Origin: Octopus bimaculoides
Lineage: Eukaryota
Direction of reading: 5' to 3'
Assembly (NCBI RefSeq): GCF_001194135.2
Contig: NC_068987.1
Coordinates: 25,413,794-25,464,204, forward strand
Length of the DNA: 50,411 bases
The notes under the pieces are model-generated. The model did not search any database. It saw only the letters and a list, made by a program, of their open reading frames with translations, and had not been told where the DNA came from. The number at the start of each line of letters is the position of its first letter. The first letter of the stretch is position 1. Made by a program: the position numbers and the translations under genes. This document shows, piece after piece, positions 36,723 to 47,321 of this stretch.

Positions 36723-36914
36723 ATGAAACATTTTTTTTCTTTTGGAATAGTGGTTTTCGAAGCACGTCACTTGAAGCTATAAAGAATAGCATGTAAAAAT
36801 CGGGTGGAAAACCCCTTTGGGATAGAAAAAGTCAATCCAATATTGACATGCTAATTTTTATAGCTGTATATAATGTGCTTCGAGAACAACTTTTCCTAAA
36901 AAGAATTATTTCAC
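36723..36914. repeat. Imperfect inverted repeat, ~75-bp arms
   Basis: GTTTTCGAAGCAC/GTGCTTCGAGAAC, GCTATAAAGAATAGCATGTAAA/TTGACATGCTAATTTTTATAGC and outer ATGAAAC..TTTTGGAATAGT/ACTTTTCCTAAAAAG..TTTCAC. Confidence 0.8.
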
Positions 36915-36948
36915 TTTTTTCCTAAGCTTATACAATTCTTACAACGCC

Positions 36949-36991
<43 letters not shown>

Positions 36992-37764
36992 CCTTTGTTT
37001 CTTCCTTTGTGTTTCCATGTATATAGCTGTTTAGTTTTGTCTGCGTATTTGCATGATTGCGCGCGCGCGTGTGTGTGTGAATGGAAAAGAGAGTTTGTGT
37101 ATGTGCGATTTTCAAACTGTCTTTCTGTCTGTGTGTCTATCTACAGATATAAGTATATCACTAACAAGAGCTGTTTCGTAAATTGCTCACTATACGTATA
37201 CAATCAATTAGCGATTGCTGGAGAGGGAAACGATTTACGCCATCTTGCCACTATTTATTGTGCTTTCAGCTCTAACCAATGTACAATGTTCGTAAATGTA
37301 GACATCATGTATTGATTTGATTTTATTACATACACATAGCTATATTTGTCTATGATTTTATTTCTTTATTCCAAGCAGTTTTTTCTCTTTTCTATCAGTG
37401 TTCATTTCAGCTCTTTTACACTTCACTCAAACATTCTGCATGATTCTGTTACTAGTATTTGACACACAAAAAAATTATATTACCATTGATATTTGCAAAT
37501 GGAATATGTGAATCTGTCAATATTCTATATAACTATGCATCTCTTTCATATGTGTGTGTGTGTTGTGTTACGTGTGTGTGTTTATGTGGGGGTGGTATAC
37601 ACACATACATAAAGGTATATGGGTATATAGATATGCTGCTTATAACGAACGTAAAGAAAAGTACTCCATGCAAGATGTGAGTATAATTATATTTAGCTGT
37701 TGCTGCTCTAGGTTACGATCTCATGTGGATTTGTAGATTTATATATATATATATATATATATAG

Positions 37765-37950
37765 TTCAAATTTCCAGAAAACAAAAGACGAAGACAGATG
37801 AGGGAACAAAAAGCAGGTGTATTAGTTTGACGTTCGGGAAGAATGGAAAAGTCATTGATGTTTCGAGCCTATGCTCGTCGACAAAAAGGAATGTGGGAGA
37901 AAAATAGAGAGAGAGCAAAAAACGGCGAGAGAAAAAAAAATTGTAGGGAT
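37765..37950 (-). mobile_element. Second copy of the 35030 element
   Basis: Minus strand GACGAGCATAGGCTCGAAACATCAATGACTTTTCC...AACTAATACACCTG...GTCTTCGTC. Confidence 0.75.
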
Positions 37951-38089
37951 TAACTGTTTAACATGATGAAATTGATATATAATCTATAATCACCCAACCA
38001 CCCAACCACTCGCATAATTATTCAACTACCACTGAGAAAAGGTAAGCTAGTGATGGCATGTCGAGGCTTTCCTGGAGTTGTGGATCGAA

Positions 38090-38126
<37 letters not shown>

Positions 38127-38949
38127 TCAGTTGCCACGTTCAATCCACAAAGTTGCGGCGATTCATTGTGCAAAGGCAGGGTATAAGAAAATGAAAATCA
38201 TACAAATGAATCGAGAAAAATTATGAGGCAGAGAGGAGACGAGCAAACAACACATGGAATCAGACAAGCGAAACACTGACAGAAAAGTGTAGAAATTATA
38301 AAATCCTTAAACAAGAAAAGAAGAAGAGTTACACACGAAAATAGATACACAAAGAGAGAGACAGGAGAGAATTTAACAATTCGAGAGCTGTTTTTATCAC
38401 AGAAAGATAAAAAGTAATGAAAGCAAGTTGAAAAGAAATATATACGATCCTGAATTTAAGACTTCTGATAACATAGAATGTATAGTGTCTTATATAGGGT
38501 TTGTAACATGTACCATGTTATTGTTTGTTATTGTAGGTATCTGTGTCATCAAAAGTAGACATAGACACCCTCTCGAGCTCCTCATCTTTTGACCCAGTGT
38601 CAGTGAGGATGTAACTGCTGAAGGATGACAGGTGCACTTGCACGTGGGTGGTACTCATCTACAGCCAAATAGATTAGTTATCACTTATTAAAGAGAGCAT
38701 TTGTCCATTTGTGTGTATGTTAAGTGCGTTTAGGTAAATAATACTTGCTACGTACCCTTGCATCAGACAGTCTTGTCAATTGTGTGTCTAAATTTGCTTG
38801 CATATATTTCGTTACATTTTGAAAAAGCGTGGGCTATAAAATCTCTTATCTCAATTAACTTGGCTCTCAAAAATAGCCAAGTGATACTAAGTTTCAAGTT
38901 AAGAGCTGGCGCACTAATGAAAGTATTACTCTTTGGGATACAGAACGCT

Positions 38950-39295
38950 TAACAATATAACGAGGAGTATTTTGTTGTCCGAGCAACTGAATTATCAACC
39001 GTTTGAATCAAAAGGTAAGTCGCTGATAATTGCATAGACACGTGTACTCTTAATGTAATCATCAGGTGGAATCAGCGTGATATAGTGTGTGACGAAGCTG
39101 ATTCTTTGAATTGTAGGTACTATGTATCCAACAGGCTTTAACACAGTTTCCATCTACCCTCTACCCAGTTTTATTCATAATATTTGGGTTGACTCGAGAA
39201 TATAGTACAAGACATTTGTCCAAGATGCCACGCAGTGGCATCGAAGCCGAGTCCTTATCATTGCATATCGAACTTTCTAACCATTCGACTATGCT
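38950..39295 (-). mobile_element. Degenerate SINE with a family B head/core and a family E-like tail
   Basis: CCACTGCGTGGCATCTTGGACAAATGTCTT...GGTAGATGGAAACTG, then GTCACACAC...CACGCTGA...GTACACGTGTCTATG. Confidence 0.7.
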
Positions 39296-40214
39296 CTGTT
39301 GTGTAAATATATGTAGCTATTTATTTGTATACCGTCGAAACAAGTAAGATTGTTACGGTTTATGTTCAGTTTCAAGTTCCGCGTTTATCAACCTTTTTAC
39401 ACGGTTTCAGTTGTGACAAAGTCTCCAGTGTGAGATTTGAGAAGAGAAACATTAGGGAATAACGGAGGAATGAGATACTAGAACATCAAATGGACTTGAG
39501 CGGAGATTATGTCCAAGTACATTCGATTGTAGCTGATATTGGAAATGGGAAGCAGAGAATTTATAAGACAATCAGTGGTTGTTGTATGTTGGTCAGTGAA
39601 TTTTTTTCCAGTCAGTCGTCTGGTCTTCGTTTTCATGCAGCTGCAACAACATCCTTATATGGGAAAAATACTTATGTAGGTCGTTACGTTATTCGGTCGC
39701 AGCTCAATTTACAGTTGCACAACCAATATTCAATATAGCTTATCTAAACGATTTATTACCTCGAAAGAAGTTTACACGCGGTACCCATGCAAATAAACAC
39801 ACACACACACACACACACACATACATAGTTACAGGAAGACATACATCTGCGCAAATAAACATAGGTATATATACACTCACACACACCCCTCCACATGCAC
39901 ACGCACCCAAACGTACATGTACTTCTTTAAAAAACACATAAACCTTGATAGGATTTTCTCTCTTGGTTTGCCCTGATTATGTAAACTTGTATTCAAAAAT
40001 CGCTCCAACTCATAACCATTTGTATTTGTTTTAGCTCTAACGTACCTTCATCTAAATTATTTCGTGTATTTTTCATTTTTAAGCCTGCGGTTGTGTGATT
40101 TGAAATAGATTCGGCTGTTATAACTAGCGTATGGATCGACCATGTATTTCTGCACTCTACGGAGACGTATTGGTCACTCTTTATCATCCGCACACTACTT
40201 TTTAAGTCTTGCTT

Positions 40215-40223
40215 TTTTTCCCA

Positions 40224-40254
<31 letters not shown>

Positions 40255-40600
40255 CCGCTCATCTTCTTCTTCTACCTCTTCCCTCTCATCACCTTCTTCT
40301 CCCTCTTATCATCTTCTTTCACCTCTTCTTCTTCTTCTTCTTCTTCTTCTTCCCTCTTATCACCTTCTTCTCCCTCTTCTTCCACCTCTTCTTTATCATC
40401 TACCTCTTCTCGCTCGTCACCTCCTCCTCCTCCTCCACCTCCTTCTTCTTCTTCTTCTTCTTCTTCTTCTTCTTCTTCTTCTTTTTCTTCCACCTCTTTA
40501 TCATCATCATCTTCTTACACCTCTTTTCTATCATCATCATCATCATCATCATCATCAACTTCTTCTTCCACCTCTTCTCTATCATCATCATCTCCATTAT
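40215..40600. repeat. Compound (CTT)n/(CCT)n/(CAT)n polypyrimidine tract with a recurring CTTCCACCTCTT..TATCATC unit
   Basis: Directly visible. Confidence 0.95.
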
Positions 40601-40637
40601 CATATTATAACACTTATTAACAAGGGGTCCCTTGCGT

Positions 40638-40673
40638 GTATTTCTAATAGGTCGCACGACCTATTAGAAATAC
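40638..40673. repeat. Perfect 17-bp palindrome with a 2-nt spacer
   Basis: GTATTTCTAATAGGTCG-CA-CGACCTATTAGAAATAC. Confidence 0.98.
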
Positions 40674-40825
40674 TAGCCAAACTTCTTTGTTTATACCCAT
40701 TAATCTTCAAAAAATTAACTTGAAAAAAAAAAACACATTGAAGACAATGTAGCTCAGATGTTCCAGACTAGATTGTCTTTTGGTCACAGGTTTGCTCAAT
40801 CAGAGTTGACCTGTGGTTAAACAAT
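40657..40825 (+). mobile_element. Family C retroposon
   Basis: GACCTATTAGAAATACTAGCCAAA...ACACATTG...AATGTAG...GTTGACCTGTGGTTAAACAA. Confidence 0.7.
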
Positions 40826-41109
40826 CAACCGTGATCAACAATACAGATGCAACAGTAATAATGTGCAGCTCAGTTACTGTTGCTGTATTTTACTTCCTAT
40901 CTGTGCAGCTACTATCGTTGTTGCAATTCTTGCAACTAGCTGCTGTAGCTAACGATGATGATGATGATGATGGTGATCATGATGATGATGATAATTATGG
41001 TTGCGTTATTGCAACTATTGTTGTTGCTAATATTCTATTAACTGCAGTTGCAACTATTTTTGTTGATCATAACATTAATGCAACAACAATTGTAGTTGTT
41101 ATTGCTGTT

Positions 41110-41320
41110 GTTTAGAACGAGATCATCTCTGATCGGGTATACCTACGATCAAAAGCGTTCCAGCAGTGACCATTCCTTTCTTTCCTATGTGTAGAGAATG
41201 CATGACCATATTAATCATATCTAATGTAGGCATTTTCAAGACGATAGTTTTTGATTTGAGGCAAATTTAGGTCATATTTCTAGCCTGTCGAGTAACCACG
41301 CACAGGCCCCCTCTTTGACA
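41110..41320 (-). mobile_element. Family C retroposon
   Basis: CTGATCGGGTATACCTACGATCAAAAGCGTTCCAGCAGTGACCAT...GATTTGAGG...TATTTCTAGCCTGTCGAG. Confidence 0.8.
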
Positions 41321-41799
41321 CTTGTTGCTGTCGTTAGTCTTGTTCCATGGGACAGACTTACAATCAGAACCGCTCCAGTCATTCCCACTTTCAGATAAAG
41401 TGTACCAAGGACTACACCAACAAATGTATTCTTATTACAATCATTCTATACAGTTGTTTTAATTTTTACTATTCTTGCTCTTAGATTTTTTTTCACCATT
41501 TTGCCAAAGGAAGGAAGGGCAGCGCCCATGAACCTTTATTTTTTTAGGACCTCCGAGATTAGGAAAATGAAGGCAAAATGTTATTGTAAAAACGTGTAGC
41601 CAACTTGGATTTCTACAAACAGAGAGGACTCCACTAAAGGTACTCACCGAGCTTTTTCAACTGGGTATTCAACTGGGTGGCGGATTCAGCCCATCACCCG
41701 AAGAACTCAGAACGCCAAAAATCAAGAACATATGCCACAAATGATCTCAACCAACCCGCAAAAAATTCTGCCAATCCACCACATTAACTGTTTTTTTTA

Positions 41800-42070
41800 A
41801 AATTTCTTTAATCCCGAAAAGATGAACGGTTAAGTTGACCTCAACGAGATTGGCAATCAGAACGTAGAGTCCCGAACAAGTACAGTACAACATCCCAGCT
41901 AATGCTCTAACCATTTCCCTTTTTCGTTGTCCTGGTCCGGTACCTTATTTTATCGATCCCGAAAGGATGAAAATCAAAATTGACTTCGCCGGGATTCGAA
42001 CACAAAACGTAGCGAGTCTGACGAAATACTGCAAGTAACTATATCCTATACTGTGACGACTTCTCAAAAT
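41800..42070 (-). mobile_element. Two partial family A SINEs
   Basis: ATCCCGAAAAGATGAA...GTTGACCTC and TTTTATCGATCCCGAAAGGATGAAA...TTCGAACACAAAACG...GACGAAATACTGC. Confidence 0.75.
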
Positions 42071-42129
42071 CGCCGTTCGTTACTGTGTAGTCAATGTACC
42101 TAGTGTTAGTACTGCTACTGTATAGGTCC

Positions 42130-42941
42130 AAGACGACTCTAATTATGTAGACCAATAACGAAAGGACATTCAGCATTTTTGGCATAGTAAATCTGGAACT
42201 ACATTTATTTAATGTGCTCCTCTTTTGAGACCATGAGAAGTGATTTTGAGGGAGATTTGGCTGCTACTTCTAGAAAGTTGAGCGAGCATCTAGATATTTC
42301 TTCGTTGCTTTCTGTTCATGAAGGCTTTACTACTACTACTACTACTACTACTGGTGCTTCGACAGTTGCAACTACTGCTGTTGTCAATACTGCTGCTACT
42401 GGTGTTGTTGCAGCGATTGTAGTCGGTGCATCTAACTACCAATAATGTAGATATTGCTGCTGCTGTTGCTGCTACTGTAGTTGTCATCTACTGCAACTGC
42501 TGCAATCGTTGATAAAATTTGCAGTTATTTCTGTTAGCACACACCGTTGCTCTGTCTTTTAACTGTTGTTAGTGTAACTGCAATCTTTATTGCACCTGTT
42601 GTTCTTGATGCAAGTGCAATGTGCATTTGTAAATTTATTGGTGTTTGGTGCAGCTATTTCTCTTGCTGCTGCTGACGATAGCGGTGATGATGGTGCAGCA
42701 CTTAATCTACTGCTGTTATTTTATTGTTGTTCATGTTGACGGTGCTAGTGATGATGCAGAAGCTAGTCTATTGCTGATGGTGATGATGATTGTGCATCTG
42801 CATTTCTATTCCTGCTGTTGTTGTTGCTGACGATGTTGAAGATGCGGGTGCATCTGTTAAATCTACTGCTTGTTTGGTGGTGTTAACAGTTGTACAACAG
42901 CTATTCTACTACTGCTGCTGTTCAAAGTTGTTGTCGTTGCA

Positions 42942-42987
<46 letters not shown>

Positions 42988-43195
42988 TGCGTGGTTGTTA
43001 GGTTTGGCAGAATTAGCAGCCAAAATTGCCCTCAAATCACTTAGAAGAAATCCTTCAAAAACAAAGACTGAAAGAATAGTAGGGACACATTGGATGGTAT
43101 AGTCCTAGATACACCATACTTGAAAATGAGTTAAGATGGCCATCCCTGGAATGCTTTTAGATCAGCTCAATCAATGCTAACCTAGGGGTAAAAAA
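42130..43195. mobile_element. Inverted pair of family C copies: 42130-42310 (-) and 43020-43195 (+)
   Basis: GATTTTGAGGGAGATTTGGCTGCTACTTCTAG versus CAAAATTGCCCTCAAATCAC...GGACACATTGGATGGTATAGTCCTAGATACAC. Confidence 0.75.
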
Positions 43196-45187
43196 TTGCA
43201 ACAGCAACAACATTATTGCTGGTGGTGGTAGTGGTAGTGGTGGTGATGATGATGATGCCGTTGCTATTTTTGCGAATGCAGCTGCAACTACTGAAGATTT
43301 TAATGCAGCTATTCCAATATTATCATTTGTTTTGTTATTATAGACAACCATTATTAAAATGGCTGCTCTTGAAATTGCATCTGTATGTTGTATGTTTTTG
43401 CTGCAGTTGCTTGCAGTTAATCGGTGCAGCGACTACTGTGATAAAATTTCCCACAGTTGCTGCAACTTTAATCTGCTGCTGTAGTCATTGTTGTTAGTAT
43501 TGTTCTTGTTGATGTTGTTATTGCAGAATTTCATGATCAAATACATTCCAGTCATGACCATCCTGTCTTTTAGCAAACTACACTTTTCACTACGTCTTTT
43601 TATTACTCTTTTGTTACTATGTTTCTGTTGAAACACACTATCTTCGTTTCAATTAGTTTTGTAAAATAAAGAAGAATTTACTAAAATACTTATCATTATT
43701 AAGTTAGAATTTGGGATATAAATTAACGCTAAATTTTGAAGATAATTTTAAAACAAGAATCTTGTATCATTGAACCAGAAGTATTCTCAAGAGGGTTGGT
43801 ATCAAAAGGGATAAGATGATCGTTTTCTTTTTTTTTTTTTCTTGTTTTCGCTTTCGAGGAGGACTTGTTTGCTATTTTTAGCATATTGTGTGACACCATC
43901 GAGACAGTCTCCTTGGCACCATAGTGAAAATGTTGACATTTCGCAGGAGCAGAACCGCGTGTTTATCATGTTTCGGATGACCGCCTTACATATATCACCA
44001 CAAAGGGTGTGCTTGATGATAAATACTATTTTGTTATAGTTGTTGCTGCTGCTGTGAAGCCCTAGAACAACAGCGATCCAGCAGAGCTGTAATCAAAAAC
44101 GTTATAGGTGTGGCCATCTCGTCTATTTACATATCCTGAACCACTCTGCCCAATATGATCTTCGTTTTCAAGGCAGCAGGGTGTTATAAGTGGGAGATTT
44201 ACTTGTTATTATTATTAGGTCGAACGGCCGCGGACTAACTATCTTCATGATTTGATAGCATTTTCATTGATGTTGTTGAGGCATCGAGCTGACAGAATTG
44301 TTAGCATGCTTAGCAGCGTTTCATCCGTCTTTACGTTCTGAGTTCAAATTCCGCCGACTTTGACTTTGACTTTGCCTTTCATCCTTTCAGAGTCGATAAA
44401 ATAAACACCAGTCGAGCACTGAGGTCAATATAAACGACTAGTCCTCTCCCCCAAAATTTCAGGCTATGTACCTATAGCAGAAAGGATCATTAAATTTGTT
44501 GTGAAGTCGGCGAGTTGGCAGAGAGGTTAGCTACGCCGGACAAAATGAGTTCAAATTCTGCTAATGTTGACTGTACCTTTCATCAAACAATGATGTCGAT
44601 GTAGTCTACTAGTCCCCTCCCTCCTCACAAATTCCAGGCATTGTGGCCATAGTAAACATGGATTATCATATTTGTTGTTGTTGAGATCGCCACCTCAGTT
44701 GCTTAATTATTAAAATCAGCCAACCTTGTTGCTACTACTATTTGACTTCTTGCTGCAATTACTGTTACTGCTTGCGTCAGTTTACAACTATTTACACCTC
44801 TTGTGGTTGAAACGTTGCTCTCTAATAAGCACAGTTTGCTGTGGTTGTGCTTCATAACATTGCCACATAAACAACTTTTAGAACTGTTGATAATTGCTGT
44901 TGCGAGGTTGATAACGCTAGCTCTTTTAGTTAACATCAGTTGCGATCATTGTAGTTGTGGCGGTTGATAATGTTACTGCAGATAACCAACTGTTGCAATT
45001 GCTACAGTTGTTCTGGCTGATAATGTTGCCTCTAGTAACCACAGTTGCGCCTGTTGATATTGCTGTGGTAGGCTTGATAATGTTGACTCTAATATCCACC
45101 GTTGCTGAAGTTACTGCTGATGCTCTCGCAAATAACCACAATCGTAGCGACTGAAATTCCTGCTGCTAATTTTTTTTTATATATTAC

Positions 45188-45224
<37 letters not shown>

Positions 45225-45330
45225 GTAGTCACTATTAATGCATCATCTACAGAGGTTGGTGTCGGTGATGGGGGACGGCAGTAATGGTATTGGTATGCTT
45301 GTTATAGCGGCTGCTACTGTTACACGTCTC
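42320..45330. repeat. Long degenerate (GTT/GCT/GAT/ATT) triplet-like low-complexity region interleaved with SINEs; pure (CTA)n at 42942-42986
   Basis: Period-3 G/T skew producing V/A/L/C-rich pseudo-ORFs in several frames. Confidence 0.8.
44278..44670 (+). mobile_element. Two tandem family A SINEs (44278-44490; 44503-44670, internally deleted)
   Basis: GAGCTGACAGAATTGTTAGCA...GAGTTCAAATTCCGCC...TTTCATCCTTTC, and GGCGAGTTGGCAGAGAGGTTAGC...GAGTTCAAATTCT. Confidence 0.85.
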
Positions 45331-45902
45331 ATAAAAATAATGCAAATCACAGGGCTTCCTTCCTTGCTAGTATACCAATTGTGACGTCACAACTGGACCG
45401 ATCGATAGAAGCTGTACACACGCGTGCATGCACACGCACGCACGCAGGCATGCACACGCGCACCACAATTATATTTTGTTACCTCTAGGGACACAGATTT
45501 CCTTCTACCTGTGCTTGTGTTCCTCCCCTTCTGCCTCTTCCTCTCTAAGACCTCGTTTAGTGAGTCTTAGGTGTTTATAGGCGCAGATTCTAGTACACAT
45601 TTGTTTCATATCCACATTATAATACACAAATGCACACATGTACACACATACACTCACACACACACACTTACGCGCGCGCACACATATATGCACACGCAAA
45701 TGAAGAAACAGCATAATTATCTTTGAGAGAAAGAAAGACAGATAGATAGAACGAAAGAGAGAGAGAGAGAGAGAGATGTAGTAAACATTATTTGTGTATA
45801 ACGATGTATGTTTATTCACAAACAGATTAGTATATATGAATATATCCAAACAGATACTCAACGCACAAATACATACATTCACACACACACACACACACAC
45901 AC

Positions 45903-45940
<38 letters not shown>

Positions 45941-46365
45941 CATACATATTTCACACACACGGGCACACACACTTATATATACACACATACATGCATACCT
46001 ACATACATATATGCGTATCTACATACAATCATACGTATGTATTGTTGAAAACATTTTCCATTGAGGTGAGTAGGTTAGAGATACACCTGAACTAATGTAA
46101 TCTAAAAAATATATTGTCACGTGATCATATATTCACCCTTCAACTGAGAAAACACTCCAAAGAGAGAGTTCCATAAAGAGATCATATTCCGTTGTTTGAT
46201 ACATATTTTGATAAAATTACACATAAATTCAACATAATTCATGCTACTGTTTTGATTTATGACTTAATAATTTTGATTTCTATTTGTTTCGAAAAAGATT
46301 CAATATTCATTTGTCTTTTCTCTGAACAGACATCATTATGAAATTAATTCTCAATATACAATATA

Positions 46366-46498
46366 AGCGCAGGAGTGGCTGTGTGGTAAGTAGTTTGCTT
46401 ACCAGCCACATGGTTCCGGGTTCGGTCCCACTGCGTGGCATCTTGGGCAAGTGTCTTCTACTATAACCTCGGGCCGACCAAAACCTTGTGAGTTGGTT
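46366..46498 (+). mobile_element. Family B SINE, 3'-truncated
   Basis: Near-identical to the 34297 head: GCAGGAGTGGCTGTGTGGTAAG...GGTTCGGTCCCACTGCGTGGCATCTTGGGCAAGTGTCTT; stops after CCTTGTGAGT. Confidence 0.9.
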
Positions 46499-47087
46499 TA
46501 TACTTTTACTATACACAGAATATTTTGATAATTATTTTTATACTATTCCTAATAATATTCAATTATAAAAATATAATAGGACATTTTAAAACATCGAATG
46601 GCTAGAAGGGTCCATCCGAATAAAATGGGAATCAAAGGGGTCTATTGATAAAAAAAAAAATTGCTTGGAAAATACTGAGCTATGGAATTACACCGATCTA
46701 TCTGGTGAATGAAATATCATGGCAGTCTTGGAATATGTTCATCATGCCATTTTGGTACAATTGGAATGATACACAACTATTTATATAAAGACAGTGACAG
46801 ATTACCTATAAAGGCAGAATAGATACTGATACCTTCCACAATATAGTAATAGAAAGATTTGTAAATGTTTTTAGGGTATTCTCGTATAGTATTTGCTAAC
46901 CTTGGACGTCTTCGTTACCCTTGAACCCTTTTAGGGTTATTCCCGAAGGTGTAACTAATTCTTTTACGAACGGAAATTCTTCATGTATCACAATTAATTA
47001 TAAACAACATAATAATCATTTCTTTCTTGAAAATGATGGACAAGGAAGTAAGAGCAAAAGCAAGACTAAAGTGTATAATTTCTTATC

Positions 47088-47321
47088 TTATTTCTTTACT
47101 GCCCACAAGGGGCTAAACGTAGAGGGGACAAACAAGGATAGACAAACGGATTAAGTCGATTACATCGACCCCAGTGCCTAACTGGTACTTATTTAATCGA
47201 CCCCGAAAGGATGAAAGGCAAAGTTGACCTCGGCGGAATTTGAACTCAGAACGTAGCGGCAGACGAAATACCGCTAAGCATTTCGCCTGGTGTGCTAACG
47301 TTTCTGCCATCTCGCCGCCTT
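47088..47321 (-). mobile_element. Family A SINE with an alternative 3' tail and a 20-bp TSD
   Basis: Near-consensus head and core; tail ...TTTAGCCCCTTGTGGGCAGTAAAGAAATAA; TSD AAAGTGTATAATTTCTTATC (47068-47087) / AAAGCGTATAATTACTTATC (47322-47341). Confidence 0.95.

Noticed and set aside
38944-39020. Plus-strand exon candidate ending AAG|gtaagt (TLNNITRSILLSEQLNYQPFESK)
   Set aside because: It lies largely within the antisense tail of a decayed SINE; chance signal unless exonised.
40142-40723. Poly-E/K/G, poly-S and poly-F ORFs
   Set aside because: Open in most frames because (CTT)n/(CAT)n contains no stops.
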